DNA from: Chloroflexota bacterium
GTDB lineage: Bacteria; Chloroflexota; UBA11872; VXOZ01
NCBI GenBank assembly: GCA_964291655.2
Contig: OZ219801.1
Coordinates: forward strand, 766,012 to 830,011
DNA length: 64,000 nucleotides
Reading direction: 5' to 3'
The translations under genes and the position numbers were made by a program. The notes below the pieces were generated by a model. That model saw nothing but the letters and a program-made list of their open reading frames with translations. It did no database searches and was not told the DNA's origin. Positions 48,616-58,101 of the stretch are shown piece after piece (position 1 is the first letter of the stretch; the number at the start of each line of letters is the position of its first letter).

Positions 48616-48723
48616 TGTCATTCCGAGCGCAGCGTCGAACACTGTTCGCGGAATCTAGTGTCCATGCTTCACACAGTACACTGGCTTCAGCACTCTAGAT
48701 TCCTCACTCCGTTCGGAATGACA
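48616..48723. mobile_element. Non-coding (empty) element with family-C inverted ends
   Basis: tgtcattccgagcgcagcg...ggaatctag and ctagattcctcactccgttcggaatgaca; same ends as the GIY-YIG element at 57626-58015. Confidence 0.7.
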
Positions 48724-48899
48724 TGTATTCAGGCGAGCGCAGAGTTTTGCTACAAGGATTCCTCCACAAAATCTTTCAACGAATTGCTCAACACTTTCAA
48801 TTACGTTGCCATGGCAGGCATTCGAGTACGACACAGTCTATAGTTCTGATGATTAAGCAATCACGAAGACGTTACTATATGAAATAGCAGACCGGTCAC

Positions 48900-48930
48900 C
48901 CGTTCGCCCTGAGCTTGTCTAGGGGCGGAC
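48900..48930 (+). repeat. Family-B palindrome (degenerate)
   Basis: ccgttcgccctgagcttgtctaggggcggac. Confidence 0.7.
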
Positions 48931-49012
48931 AATTCCGAATGAGGCCAGGAAAGCACAGGATACGGTTTAGAGTTTCCGCTGCTCTCGCCCGCAATAAGGA
49001 GTGCCCGCCGCC

Positions 49013-50152
49013 ATGAAGATCACTGCCGTCAACGCGCTACCTATAGACCGTTTTCTCTTTGTCCAGATCGAGACTGACGCCGGCATCACGGGGCTAGGGG
49101 AGTCTGGCACATGGGGGCACTTGGAAGCCTCACAAGCCGCTCTGGAAAAGTTCGCGCATTACCTCGTGGGCGAAGATCCCGGCCGCATCGAGCACCACTG
49201 GAACGTGATGTATCGCACCGCCCACTTCCGGGGTTCGGCGATCATGGGCGCGCTTTCCGCAATTGATATTGCGCTCTGGGACATCAAGGGCAAGGCACTC
49301 GGCGTGCCGGTCTATGATCTATTGGGAGGCAAGTGCCGCGACAAAGCACGCGTCTACTATCACGTCTACGGCCGCACCATCGCAGAGCAAGTGCAGGGCT
49401 GCGTCGAGGCTCGCGAAAAGGGTTTCACCGCCGTCGGCCATCTGAATCCCTTGCTCGACGAGGGTCGCGGCGTGCCCTTCTTCAAGACCCATGCCGCCCG
49501 CATTGGTCAAGCCGCAGACCACGTGCGCCAGTACCGCGAGGCCGTGGGCACGGACGTTGACCTCTGCATCGAAATCCACCGGCAATTGACGCCCGCCGAA
49601 GCAGTGGTGCTGGCGCGCAGCATCGAGCAATATCACCCCTACTTCTACGAAGACCCCACGCTGCCCGACAGTTTCGACGCCATGGCGCAGATCGCGGACA
49701 AGATCGGTATTCCGATTGCCACCGGCGAGCGGCTGCACACGCTCCACGAATTTCAGATGCTGCTCACGCGGGGAGCCGTGCAGTACGTGCGGCCGGACGT
49801 CTGCCTGGTCGGCGGCATATCAGGCACCAAGAAGATCGCGGCGTTGGCGGAGGCTCATTACGTTGGCGTGGTGCCCCACAACCCATTGTCGCCGGTGAGC
49901 ACCGCCGCCTGCTTGCAGGTCGCCGCCTGCATTCCCAATTTTGCCATCCAGGAATACCCCATTGGCGAAGACCGGCCGCCGAAGAGCGACATCGTGCAGA
50001 CGGCCGCCCGGTGCGTGCAGGGCTTTCTCATCATCCCGGACGCGCCGGGCATTGGCATCGAACTCATGCCCGACGCCGCTGCAAAGCACCCGCCCGTGCC
50101 GCGTCCAACGGGCGCCCGCCTGCACGTGGACGGCAGCGTAGTGGACCAGTAG
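49013..50152 (+). CDS. Galactonate dehydratase-like enolase-superfamily enzyme
   Basis: FVQIETDAGITGLGE, SAIDIALWDIKGK, EIH, YEDP, ATGER, VPHNPLSP, PGIGIE. Confidence 0.88.
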   Translation: MKITAVNALPIDRFLFVQIETDAGITGLGESGTWGHLEASQAALEKFAHYLVGEDPGRIEHHWNVMYRTAHFRGSAIMGALSAIDIALWDIKGKALGVPVYDLLGGKCRDKARVYYHVYGRTIAEQVQGCVEAREKGFTAVGHLNPLLDEGRGVPFFKTHAARIGQAADHVRQYREAVGTDVDLCIEIHRQLTPAEAVVLARSIEQYHPYFYEDPTLPDSFDAMAQIADKIGIPIATGERLHTLHEFQMLLTRGAVQYVRPDVCLVGGISGTKKIAALAEAHYVGVVPHNPLSPVSTAACLQVAACIPNFAIQEYPIGEDRPPKSDIVQTAARCVQGFLIIPDAPGIGIELMPDAAAKHPPVPRPTGARLHVDGSVVDQ

Positions 50153-50156
50153 GCTT

Positions 50157-50612
50157 ATGATCGGTATACACGTGCGCATAGCTCGAGGAGTTGCAAGTAT
50201 GAGTGGGGGGCAGGGCCATAGTGCAGCGAGACGCGCCCTACGCATGGCAGGCTTGGCACTACTTGGTGTTTGGATTCTGGGAGGGCTCGCTGCTTGTGGG
50301 CCGGGAAGCGTCAGCGAAATCGAAGTCCGCATCAACAATATATCTCAGTTCGACTTTACCGAAGTGAGTGTCGCCGATCGGCCCTTTGGCGACATCGCCG
50401 CCGGAGCGCGCAGCGACTACGTGATTGTCACGACGCGCTTAGGCTATGCGGTGGTCAATCTCACGGCAGACGGCCGCAAGGTGACCGGGCAAACGCTGAA
50501 CTATGGTGCTAAGCGCTTTACCTACGAAATCGACGTGGTTGACCTCTTGGCAGGCCAGTTGACCATCAACGTGATTCCGGAGAATGAACCGGCTGAAGGG
50601 GAGTCTCCGTAG
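50157..50612 (+). CDS. Putative lipoprotein
   Basis: Hydrophobic leader with lipobox LAAC, then a beta-rich domain; start uncertain. Confidence 0.65.
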   Translation: MIGIHVRIARGVASMSGGQGHSAARRALRMAGLALLGVWILGGLAACGPGSVSEIEVRINNISQFDFTEVSVADRPFGDIAAGARSDYVIVTTRLGYAVVNLTADGRKVTGQTLNYGAKRFTYEIDVVDLLAGQLTINVIPENEPAEGESP

Positions 50613-50668
50613 CACGAGGCTGCCACGCAAAACGGATGCGTTGCCCTGACGACCCAGAGCGCTCCAGA

Positions 50669-51313
50669 TTAACGCAGCCGCGAGCGCAGTTTCGCCCAGC
50701 GAGTGAAGGCGTGGACGAACCAGGAACTCTGCCGTTTAATGAGGCGGCCTGACCGCAGGGAATCGAGAAACGTCTGCGGCGAATCGAAGTCCGCCATCTC
50801 GACGTAGGAGCGTCCCAGCTCGTGGGCTGTGTGGGAATCGCTCCCAGACACCGGGACGAGGCCTTGCTCCGCGGCTAGCAGGTCCGCGCGCCGGTTGTCA
50901 CGCTCGAAAGCCGTGCGCGCGTTGAACACTTCAATTATGTCCACTTGTGGCAGGATTCTCAGCAGCGCCGCTTCTGAGAGGCGCGACCGGCGAAAGCGGT
51001 CGAACGGATGCGGGATCATCACCAGCCCCTGCTGATCGCGAATGTGCCGGATGGTCTCCTCCGGCGTGAGGCCGCGCGCGATTTCCTCGTGGAGAAAGAG
51101 GCCGATAATCTCACCCTCGCATGTCCTCACCTCGCTGCCCACAATCACCCGCAGCGGTGCCCATTCCCGCAATGCGAGTGCGCCGGCGATGGTGTTGTGG
51201 TCCGTGACCGCCACGCAGTCGATGCCCTCGCGCTGCCAGCCTGCGACGGCGTCTTCCAACGCGAGTTCCGAGTCCGACGAGTATTCAGTATGTGTATGCA
51301 GATCGACTCGCAC
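50669..51313 (-). CDS. PHP-domain phosphoesterase
   Basis: DLHTHT..SSD, AVTDHN, PHPF, EVFN, GSDSH; GTG at 51313 with AGGAG upstream. Confidence 0.9.
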   Translation of the reverse strand: MRVDLHTHTEYSSDSELALEDAVAGWQREGIDCVAVTDHNTIAGALALREWAPLRVIVGSEVRTCEGEIIGLFLHEEIARGLTPEETIRHIRDQQGLVMIPHPFDRFRRSRLSEAALLRILPQVDIIEVFNARTAFERDNRRADLLAAEQGLVPVSGSDSHTAHELGRSYVEMADFDSPQTFLDSLRSGRLIKRQSSWFVHAFTRWAKLRSRLR

Positions 51314-51368
51314 GAAGCGTTTCTCCTGATACAGTCCCGTCATTGCGATAAGAATAGACCGCAGCCAA

Positions 51369-51402
51369 TCCGTCACTCCCGCGCACACGGGAATCCATCT
51401 TC
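51369..51402 (+). repeat. Family-D (CGTC-tagged) palindrome
   Basis: tccgtcactcccgcgcacacgggaatccatcttct. Confidence 0.8.
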
Positions 51403-51471
51403 TGTCTTCAGCCCCAGACTCTCGCCGTGAGGAAGCCGACCCTCACCGCCGTATCACATACGGGGCAGGCT

Positions 51472-52599
51472 CTAGCCTTCTTCCAGCGTAGAGGCGGCAG
51501 AGCCGTAGCCGCGTGGATGCCGCTGCAGCCAGTCCCACGCACTGCCGATGATCGTCTCCAGGTCCGAGTAAATCGGTTCCCAGCCCAATTCGCGGCGAAT
51601 CTTTTCCGCGCTCGCGAGCGACGCCGGCGCGTCACCGGGACGCCGCGGACACTCCCGCACCGGTATCAGGCGGCCGGTTATGCGGCGCGCCATCTCAATC
51701 ACTTCCAGGTTGGTCGCACCCTGCTCGCTGCCGATGTTGTAGACGGTTACGCCACCGTCGTCATTTCCGGCCGTTCTCGTCTCATTCCCGGTTGTTCCTT
51801 CATCGTTCCCAGCAATTTCTCCGTCTCTCCCGGCCACTCCTCCGTCATTCCCGCGCAAGCTCGGCCCGTGCCGGGGCGCGGAAGCCATCTTCTCGATTGC
51901 CAGCAAATGCGCCTGCGCCAAGTCACGCACATGAATATAATCGCGGCTGGCCGTACCGTCGCGCGTCGCGTAGTCGGTGCCATACAGATCCAGGTGCGCC
52001 CGCGCCCCCTGCGCCACCTGGAGCACGATGGGAATGAGGTGGCTTTCCGGCCGGTGGTCTTCCCCGCACCTGGCGGTAGCGCCTGCCGCGTTAAAGAAAC
52101 GGAATACGGTGCCCGTAATCCCATGCGCCTGCGCGTACCATTGGATGATGCTCTCCACCTGGCGCTTGCTCTCACTGTAAGGATTAAGCGGGTCAATCGG
52201 ATGGTCCTCTTCTATCGGCAATGATTCCGGCGTGCCGTAAACGCCGGCGGTTGACGAGAATACGATGTGGGATGCCTCTGCCGCGAGCATGGCATCCAGG
52301 ACATGCAGGGTGTTGGCAGCATTATTGCGGAAGTACTTGCCGGGGTCGTGCATCGATTCGCCCATCTGGATGTAGGCCGCCATGTGCACGACGACATCTG
52401 GTGCCGCAGCGAGCATGACATTACGCAATTCCGCGGCGTCCCCGGTATCACCGCTGACGAGCTCCGCCCGCCGAACAACCGCTGCACGATGGCCGGTCTC
52501 TAAGCTATCGAAAACGGTGACATCATGACCGTTATCCAGCAGCAACTCGGTGACGACGCTGCCAATGTACCCGGCGCCGCCTGTAACAAAAACTTTCAC
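51472..52599 (-). CDS. galE: UDP-glucose 4-epimerase with an in-frame repeat-derived insertion of about 35-40 aa
   Basis: VTGGAGYIGS, FSSTAGVYG, YSESK, RFFNAAGA, GEDHRPESHLIP, RDYIHV, RRPGD; extra GND-heptad segment before VYNIGS. Confidence 0.92.
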   Translation of the reverse strand: MKVFVTGGAGYIGSVVTELLLDNGHDVTVFDSLETGHRAAVVRRAELVSGDTGDAAELRNVMLAAAPDVVVHMAAYIQMGESMHDPGKYFRNNAANTLHVLDAMLAAEASHIVFSSTAGVYGTPESLPIEEDHPIDPLNPYSESKRQVESIIQWYAQAHGITGTVFRFFNAAGATARCGEDHRPESHLIPIVLQVAQGARAHLDLYGTDYATRDGTASRDYIHVRDLAQAHLLAIEKMASAPRHGPSLRGNDGGVAGRDGEIAGNDEGTTGNETRTAGNDDGGVTVYNIGSEQGATNLEVIEMARRITGRLIPVRECPRRPGDAPASLASAEKIRRELGWEPIYSDLETIIGSAWDWLQRHPRGYGSAASTLEEG

Positions 52600-52709
52600 C
52601 TATGCTCCTCAGCGGCTGACACTGATAACATTGGTAGTCCAAAATCCTATGAATGTGATTTCTTCAAACTCTCTCATGCCAATGTTCACTTTGCTCTCGT
52701 CAACGTACC

Positions 52710-52733
52710 GTAGCGCGGGGGCTTGCCCCCCGC
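52710..52733 (+). repeat. GTAG-type REP-like palindrome, family A
   Basis: GTAGcgcgggggcttgccccccgc. Confidence 0.85.
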
Positions 52734-52866
52734 CACATCGCGCAAAAGCAAGTAACCGCATATCCAAGCGCCCAAAAGTCGCTCAACACTCTTAGCCCAC
52801 TACGCACTAACACTACACGGGGCCCGCACACTCGCACTTTGGAGTCTCCTAAGCATGCAAAACTGC

Positions 52867-52894
52867 TGGATTCCGGCTTCCGTCGGAATGACGG
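52867..52894 (-). repeat. Family-D-like (CGTC-tagged) palindrome
   Basis: Reverse complement is ccgtcattccgacggaagccggaatcca. Confidence 0.75.
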
Positions 52895-52971
52895 CTGAGT
52901 TCGCGACTGCCTTTCGAGTCAATGCTAGCGTGATTTCCATTCCCGTATCAAACCCTGTACAGCTTTCTATC

Positions 52972-54189
52972 TCACCGCTCACTATTCATATCAGGGTAAG
53001 GAAAGCGGCGGCGAAATGCGGAATACAAGCCAAAGCCACCCAAAAGGAGTATTCCGTCAACCAAGAAAACTCCTGACAGCGAAAGCGAGGCCACCATGCC
53101 GCTCGCGACTCGTCCAACGGCGGTGCCGCCCAAGCCTACACTGGTCAGCAACCCAAAGCCCGCGCCCCGGCGCTCCGGCGGCACGAATGGCTCCGCAGCC
53201 GTATACACCAAAGCCGGAACGGTGCCGGTGAAGAGCGAGAGCAGCGGGCGAAACACGAGCAAGTGCCAGAGTTGGCTGGCAAAGAAGAGCGGCACGCACA
53301 CTATGGCGCCGCCAATGAGGCCCGGCAGCACGGCGATGTGCGCCAGCCGCGTGGGGACCACCCGTCCCACGAACGCATTTGCCAGCACGTACGTTGCCGC
53401 ACTTAGGGCGGTGATCAGCCCGACGGTGGCTGCTACCCGGTCGGGCGCGACGCCAAGGTGCTGCATGTAGAGCGGTATGATTGGCAGCGTACTGCCCTCG
53501 GCGTAGAACGAGACCAGCAACAAGACCGAAAGCATTCCCATCTGCGGCTGCGAATAGATCATCTGCCACGGCGAACCATGGTTCATTTCAGGTTGTTGCG
53601 GCTTCAGGCCTTCCCCCCGCGGATACAAGACCGCGACCATCACGGTCGCAATCCAAAACATTACTCCGGCCAGCACGAAGACCGCCTTCAATCCAAACAC
53701 AAACGCGAAAGCGCCCCCCATTGCCGGCGCGAGAATGGGCGCGCCGAAATTCACCATCTGCAGCCAGCCGAAGGCGCGCACCATGTGTTCGCGCGGCGCG
53801 TGCTCGGCGATGGCGGCAGCAAAGAACGTCCAGTACACGCCGCAAAAGCCGAAGAGCATTCGTCCGACGAGAAGGTGCCAAGGGCTGGTGGCCAGCGCTA
53901 AGGCGGAAATGGTAAAGCCGCCGAGACCCAGGCCGATGAGGGCTAGCGGCTTCAAGCCGATACGGTCGCCGACCTGACCGAGGTACGGCACCGCAATGAA
54001 CGAGGTGAGCGGCGTGATCGCCACCAGCACGCCGCTCCACCGCGCGGCAACCCCAATGTCGTGGATGCCGAGCTCCTCCATGTAGAGCGGGACGAACGGC
54101 AAGAACGCCGGTACCCCAAGTTGAGCGGTAAATGCCGCGAGAAGCACCGGGAAGATGCGCCGTTGCCAGGGTGTCACTAGCGGGGACAT
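52972..54189 (-). CDS. MFS transporter (DHA1/MdtG-like)
   Basis: About 12 TM segments, PFVPLYMEELG, GQVGDRIGLK motif A; ATG at 54189 overlaps the mazG end. Confidence 0.88.
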   Translation of the reverse strand: MSPLVTPWQRRIFPVLLAAFTAQLGVPAFLPFVPLYMEELGIHDIGVAARWSGVLVAITPLTSFIAVPYLGQVGDRIGLKPLALIGLGLGGFTISALALATSPWHLLVGRMLFGFCGVYWTFFAAAIAEHAPREHMVRAFGWLQMVNFGAPILAPAMGGAFAFVFGLKAVFVLAGVMFWIATVMVAVLYPRGEGLKPQQPEMNHGSPWQMIYSQPQMGMLSVLLLVSFYAEGSTLPIIPLYMQHLGVAPDRVAATVGLITALSAATYVLANAFVGRVVPTRLAHIAVLPGLIGGAIVCVPLFFASQLWHLLVFRPLLSLFTGTVPALVYTAAEPFVPPERRGAGFGLLTSVGLGGTAVGRVASGMVASLSLSGVFLVDGILLLGGFGLYSAFRRRFPYPDMNSER

Positions 54190-55580
54190 CCCCAAGGATT
54201 GTTCGTAGCGAGCTTGGCCTCTTCCCACAGGGAGTCGAGTTTCTCGAACGAGAAGTCGCTGAGTTCGCCGCCCGCGTTGCGGGCGACCTCTTCCATATAG
54301 CCAAAGCGCCGCCGGAACTTGCTGTTCGAGGCGCGCAGCGCCTCTTCCGCATCCACTTCCAGCCACTTGGCAACCTGCGCCATGACAAAGAGCACGTCGC
54401 CCAATTCCTCGAAGCGCTCCTCGGTGGTTTCGGCGGCGTCCAATTCATCCAATTCTTCCTGCAATTTGGCCAGCACATCCTTGAGGTCCGGCCAATCGAA
54501 ACCGACCTTCGCTACTGCCTTGCCGATGGCTTGTGCCGCGGTCAGGCCCGAGAGCGAGCGGGGTACCCGATCCAGCAGCGAGTGCCGCTCTTTGCCCTGT
54601 GCCGCATGCTCTTCCTGCTTGATTGACTCCCAGTTGGCCAGGGCCTGCTCAGCACTGCCAACCGCGTGGCCGCCAAACACGTGCGGATGCCGCCGCACGA
54701 GTTTCTCGCTGATGCCGCGCACCACGTCATCGAACGTGAAGTCGCCCTGTTCCTCTGCAATCTGCGCCTGAAAGTACACCTGAAGCAGCAAGTCGCCGAG
54801 CTCTTCACGAAGCGCGACGAAATCTTCTTCATCCAGGGCGTCGAGCACCTCAGCGGTCTCTTCGAGCAGGTGCTTTTTGAGTGTCTGTAGAGTCTGCTCT
54901 TGGTCCCACGGACAGCCGTCCGGGGCGCGCAAGCGCGCCATAAGCCAGCGCAGAGACTGCGGGTCGTCCAGCTTCTCGAGGGGAGTTAACGGCGGGATGA
55001 AGAGCACATCGGGTTGCTGTGTCATGGCTTCGCCGAGGAACAGCGTACGCACCTCCGGCTGTGGTTTTTCAGTGTACGCCAGGATGCTTACTTTGTGTGT
55101 AAGCGGATATCGCCGCTTAACTGCCTGCAGGGAACGGGACGTGGCATTTGCTGCCAGAACGAGTACTGGTGTATCGGTTGCACCAAGCGTTGCCGTACCA
55201 CTTACCACCACGTGCGGTTCACTGCCGATCCCGAGATGTGCATATGCCTGCTCCAGCAGGCTGTGCCCAGCTACTACGTGCACGTCCCAACCCAATGCAG
55301 CGGCGCGGTGGTGCAGTTCGCGGGCGCAAGCGTCATCGACCAGCGGGTTCCCAATTGCGACGTAGGCCCCATCTTCCCGGTTCTCAAGCAGACTCTGAAT
55401 CCTGGCCGAGGTAGCTTCCCGTACCCGCTCACCGCACACTCGCCGAAGCACAGGGCTACGGGGATTGCTCGCGAGAATTGTTTCGCATTGCCGCAAGAGA
55501 GCGTCCACACGGCCGGCATCAGCGCAAGCGACGCGTGGGTCTAGCCCGAGGAAAAGCAATTGAGGCATAGGTGTTCTCAT
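54177..55580 (-). CDS. mazG: Nucleoside triphosphate pyrophosphohydrolase MazG with degenerate N-terminal methylase-like (YabN-type) domain
   Basis: LRAPDGCPWDQEQT, EELGDLLLQ, RRHPHVF, VGFDW, EELGDVLF, KFRRRF; start uncertain. Confidence 0.9.
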   Translation of the reverse strand: MRTPMPQLLFLGLDPRVACADAGRVDALLRQCETILASNPRSPVLRRVCGERVREATSARIQSLLENREDGAYVAIGNPLVDDACARELHHRAAALGWDVHVVAGHSLLEQAYAHLGIGSEPHVVVSGTATLGATDTPVLVLAANATSRSLQAVKRRYPLTHKVSILAYTEKPQPEVRTLFLGEAMTQQPDVLFIPPLTPLEKLDDPQSLRWLMARLRAPDGCPWDQEQTLQTLKKHLLEETAEVLDALDEEDFVALREELGDLLLQVYFQAQIAEEQGDFTFDDVVRGISEKLVRRHPHVFGGHAVGSAEQALANWESIKQEEHAAQGKERHSLLDRVPRSLSGLTAAQAIGKAVAKVGFDWPDLKDVLAKLQEELDELDAAETTEERFEELGDVLFVMAQVAKWLEVDAEEALRASNSKFRRRFGYMEEVARNAGGELSDFSFEKLDSLWEEAKLATNNPWGCPR

Positions 55581-55795
55581 TCCCTTCCGTGCCATTGTAG
55601 CACGCTGCCTCGACACTCTTTACGCGCTTCTCCCCGGTTCACGCCTAACGAGAGTCTTAGCCGTATGACTGCAAACTCAATCGGTGTCGGCGCCGATCCT
55701 CGCACGTTGAAAGCCGTGCTGAGAGGGGGTAGAATGAGCGTAGATACGGTGGTCCCGAACCCATGGTCTTTGTAGAATCCCATTGCAGGATTGCG

Positions 55796-56899
55796 ATGCA
55801 ATTGAAGCGCACGCCTCTCTATGCAACCCACGTCGCCGCTAGCGCGCGCATCGTGCCCTTTGCGGGCTGGGAAATGCCCGTTCAGTATGAGGGTGTCATC
55901 GCCGAGCACCAGGCAGTGCGCAGCGCGATCGGCCTGTTCGACATCAGCCATATGGGCATCCTCGACTTCGCCGGAGACGGCGTCTGCGCCTTCCTGGATA
56001 CTATTCTGACGAACAAAGTATCCGACCTTGCCGAAAACCAGATTCGTTACAGCCTCGTGTGTCGACCGGATGGCGGCGTGCTCGATGACGTCCTAATCTA
56101 CCGGTTGCCGACGCACTACCGGCTGGTCGTAAATGCCTCCAATACCGACAAGATCGTCGGCTGGTTGGAGCACCAGATTACGACCCAGCATTGGACCATC
56201 ACCATTACGGTTCAGAATAGCGCGCTCGCCCTGATCGCCGTACAAGGCCCGGGAGCAACTGCGCTACTTCAAGGCATGGTTGGGTCAGCGGCAGACCTTG
56301 CTGCGATCCGCTACTATCGCGGCACGCAAGTCCCCTTTCTCGGCAAGGCTATCACCGCTACGCGCACCGGTTACACCGGCGAGGACGGCTTTGAGCTCTT
56401 CGTCCCCGCCGCGGATGCCGCACAGGCCTGGCAAACACTGCTTGCTGAGGGCGCGCCGCACGGCATCAAACCCGTTGGTCTCGGCGCCCGCGATACCTTG
56501 CGGCTGGAAGCCGGGCTACCGCTGTACGGGCACGAATTGGATGACGCGACGAATCCCTTTGACGCGGGACTGCAGAAGTTCGTGCGATTCAGAAACCGTC
56601 AATTCATCGGCAAAGAGGCTTTGATGGAGGTGCGGCAATTGGGTCCTGACAGGGAGTTGATCGGCCTGGAACTCATAGATCGCGGCATCGCGCGAGACGG
56701 CTGTCTCATCGTCGTGGATGGCGAAGATGTCGGCGTCGTTACCAGCGGCACGTTCAGCCCTACACTGCAAAAGGCGATTGCCATCGCGAACGTTGAGACA
56801 GGGTCGGCGCTGGTGGGCACTACGGTCCACGTGCGCATCCGCGCAGACTTGCGTGCGGCCCGAGTGGTCGCATTGCCGTTCTATCGACGCCCGCGGTGA
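55796..56899 (+). CDS. gcvT: Glycine cleavage aminomethyltransferase T
   Basis: FAGWEMPVQY, FDISHMG, RTGYTGEDGFE, GLGARDTLRLEAG, VTSGTFSP. Confidence 0.96.
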   Translation: MQLKRTPLYATHVAASARIVPFAGWEMPVQYEGVIAEHQAVRSAIGLFDISHMGILDFAGDGVCAFLDTILTNKVSDLAENQIRYSLVCRPDGGVLDDVLIYRLPTHYRLVVNASNTDKIVGWLEHQITTQHWTITITVQNSALALIAVQGPGATALLQGMVGSAADLAAIRYYRGTQVPFLGKAITATRTGYTGEDGFELFVPAADAAQAWQTLLAEGAPHGIKPVGLGARDTLRLEAGLPLYGHELDDATNPFDAGLQKFVRFRNRQFIGKEALMEVRQLGPDRELIGLELIDRGIARDGCLIVVDGEDVGVVTSGTFSPTLQKAIAIANVETGSALVGTTVHVRIRADLRAARVVALPFYRRPR

Positions 56900-57111
56900 A
56901 TGGCCTTTCGCCATCACAAGCCAGCACGCCACGCGCACGCTTGCTCGCAGATCGAGCGGAACGCTATCGTTGACGATCACTCCAGACTTGAACACGCGCA
57001 CATTCAGGAGATAGCTAGAAGCCATCGGAAGCGCTGCGGTATCATGGGGGCGGCAGAGAGGGGATACATGGGCTGCGAAACTGCGAGAGGTGTATTGCAA
57101 CGGAGAAGCAT

Positions 57112-57507
57112 ATGAACATACCGGAAGAATTGTGCTATACGAAAGAGCACGAGTGGGCGCGCATGGAGGAAGGCCTCTGCGTGATAGGAATCACGGACTA
57201 CGCCCAGGGAGAACTCGGCGACATCGTTTACGTAGAGCTGCCCGAGCCGGGCACGCACGTGGACATCATGGGCGAGTTTGGCGTAGTAGAGTCGGTGAAG
57301 ACGGCCTCCGACCTCTATTCGCCCCTTGCCGGCGAGATCGTGGAAGTCAACGACGAGCTCGCCGATAGCCCTGAGTTGGTCAACGATTCCCCGTATGAGG
57401 AAGGCTGGATGCTGAAGATCCGACCCTCAAACCTCGATGAGGACTGGGAGACGCTGTTGGATGCAGACGGTTACAAAGAAGTACTTGCCGAGTCCGGGGC
57501 GCATTAG
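57112..57507 (+). CDS. gcvH: Glycine cleavage H protein
   Basis: YTKEHEW, GITDYAQGELGD, VESVKTAS (lipoyl Lys), SPYEEGW. Confidence 0.97.
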   Translation: MNIPEELCYTKEHEWARMEEGLCVIGITDYAQGELGDIVYVELPEPGTHVDIMGEFGVVESVKTASDLYSPLAGEIVEVNDELADSPELVNDSPYEEGWMLKIRPSNLDEDWETLLDADGYKEVLAESGAH

Positions 57508-57625
57508 AGCAATGTTGTGACCCGTACCGAGGCTAGCACGCGACAGAAACCGGTGGCGTTTCGTTACTCTCGGTAGTTCCCAGGCGTGCGCAGTTTCCTT
57601 ATCCTCCCGAACGGAGCCCATTCAC

Positions 57626-58015
57626 TGTCATTCCGAACGGAGCGCAGCGGAGTGAGGAATCTAAAGAACTTGGCCAAGAGTCTAGACAAGACTTACTACG
57701 TGTACATACTGACCAACGCTGTCCGAACGCTCTACGTAGGCGTAACAAACGACCTGATGCGGCGAGTATACGAGCACAAGCAAAAAACCGTGCCGGGCTT
57801 CACCAAGAAGTACAATTTGACCTGGTTGGCCTACTATGAAGAAGCCTCGGACGTCACCTCGGCAATTGCGCGAGAGAAGCAAATCAAGAGTTGGCGTAGA
57901 AGCAAGAAAGTTGACCTAATCGAGTCCGCGAATCCTCGTTGGAAGGACTTGGCGCTAGAATGGTTTGAAGGTGATCAATAGCAACTCTAGATTCCTCGCT
58001 GCGCTCGGATTGACA
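57626..58015 (+). mobile_element. Putative GIY-YIG element bounded by family-C inverted palindromic ends, inserted between gcvH and gcvPA
   Basis: Left tgtcattccgaacggagcgcagcggagtgaggaatcta (57626-57663); right tagattcctcgctgcgctcggattgaca (57988-58015). Confidence 0.7.
57670..57981 (+). CDS. Small stand-alone GIY-YIG nuclease
   Basis: YYVYILTN..TLYVGVT.DL.RR..EHK, GFT.KY, AIAREKQIK.WRR.KK, NP.W.DL; probable TTG start at 57670 using GAGGA in the left end. Confidence 0.9.
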   Translation: MAKSLDKTYYVYILTNAVRTLYVGVTNDLMRRVYEHKQKTVPGFTKKYNLTWLAYYEEASDVTSAIAREKQIKSWRRSKKVDLIESANPRWKDLALEWFEGDQ

Positions 58016-58101
58016 AACTCTGCGGACTGCTAGACACTGCGGGAGGATGATCGAAGTCCGACAAGATCGAATGATGGTTCGTTTGACCAAAAGAAGGTGC
58101 T

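Noticed and set aside
55617-57111. Glycine riboswitch before gcvT or gcvH
   Set aside because: Could not find the conserved aptamer motifs by eye; a covariance-model search would be needed to exclude it
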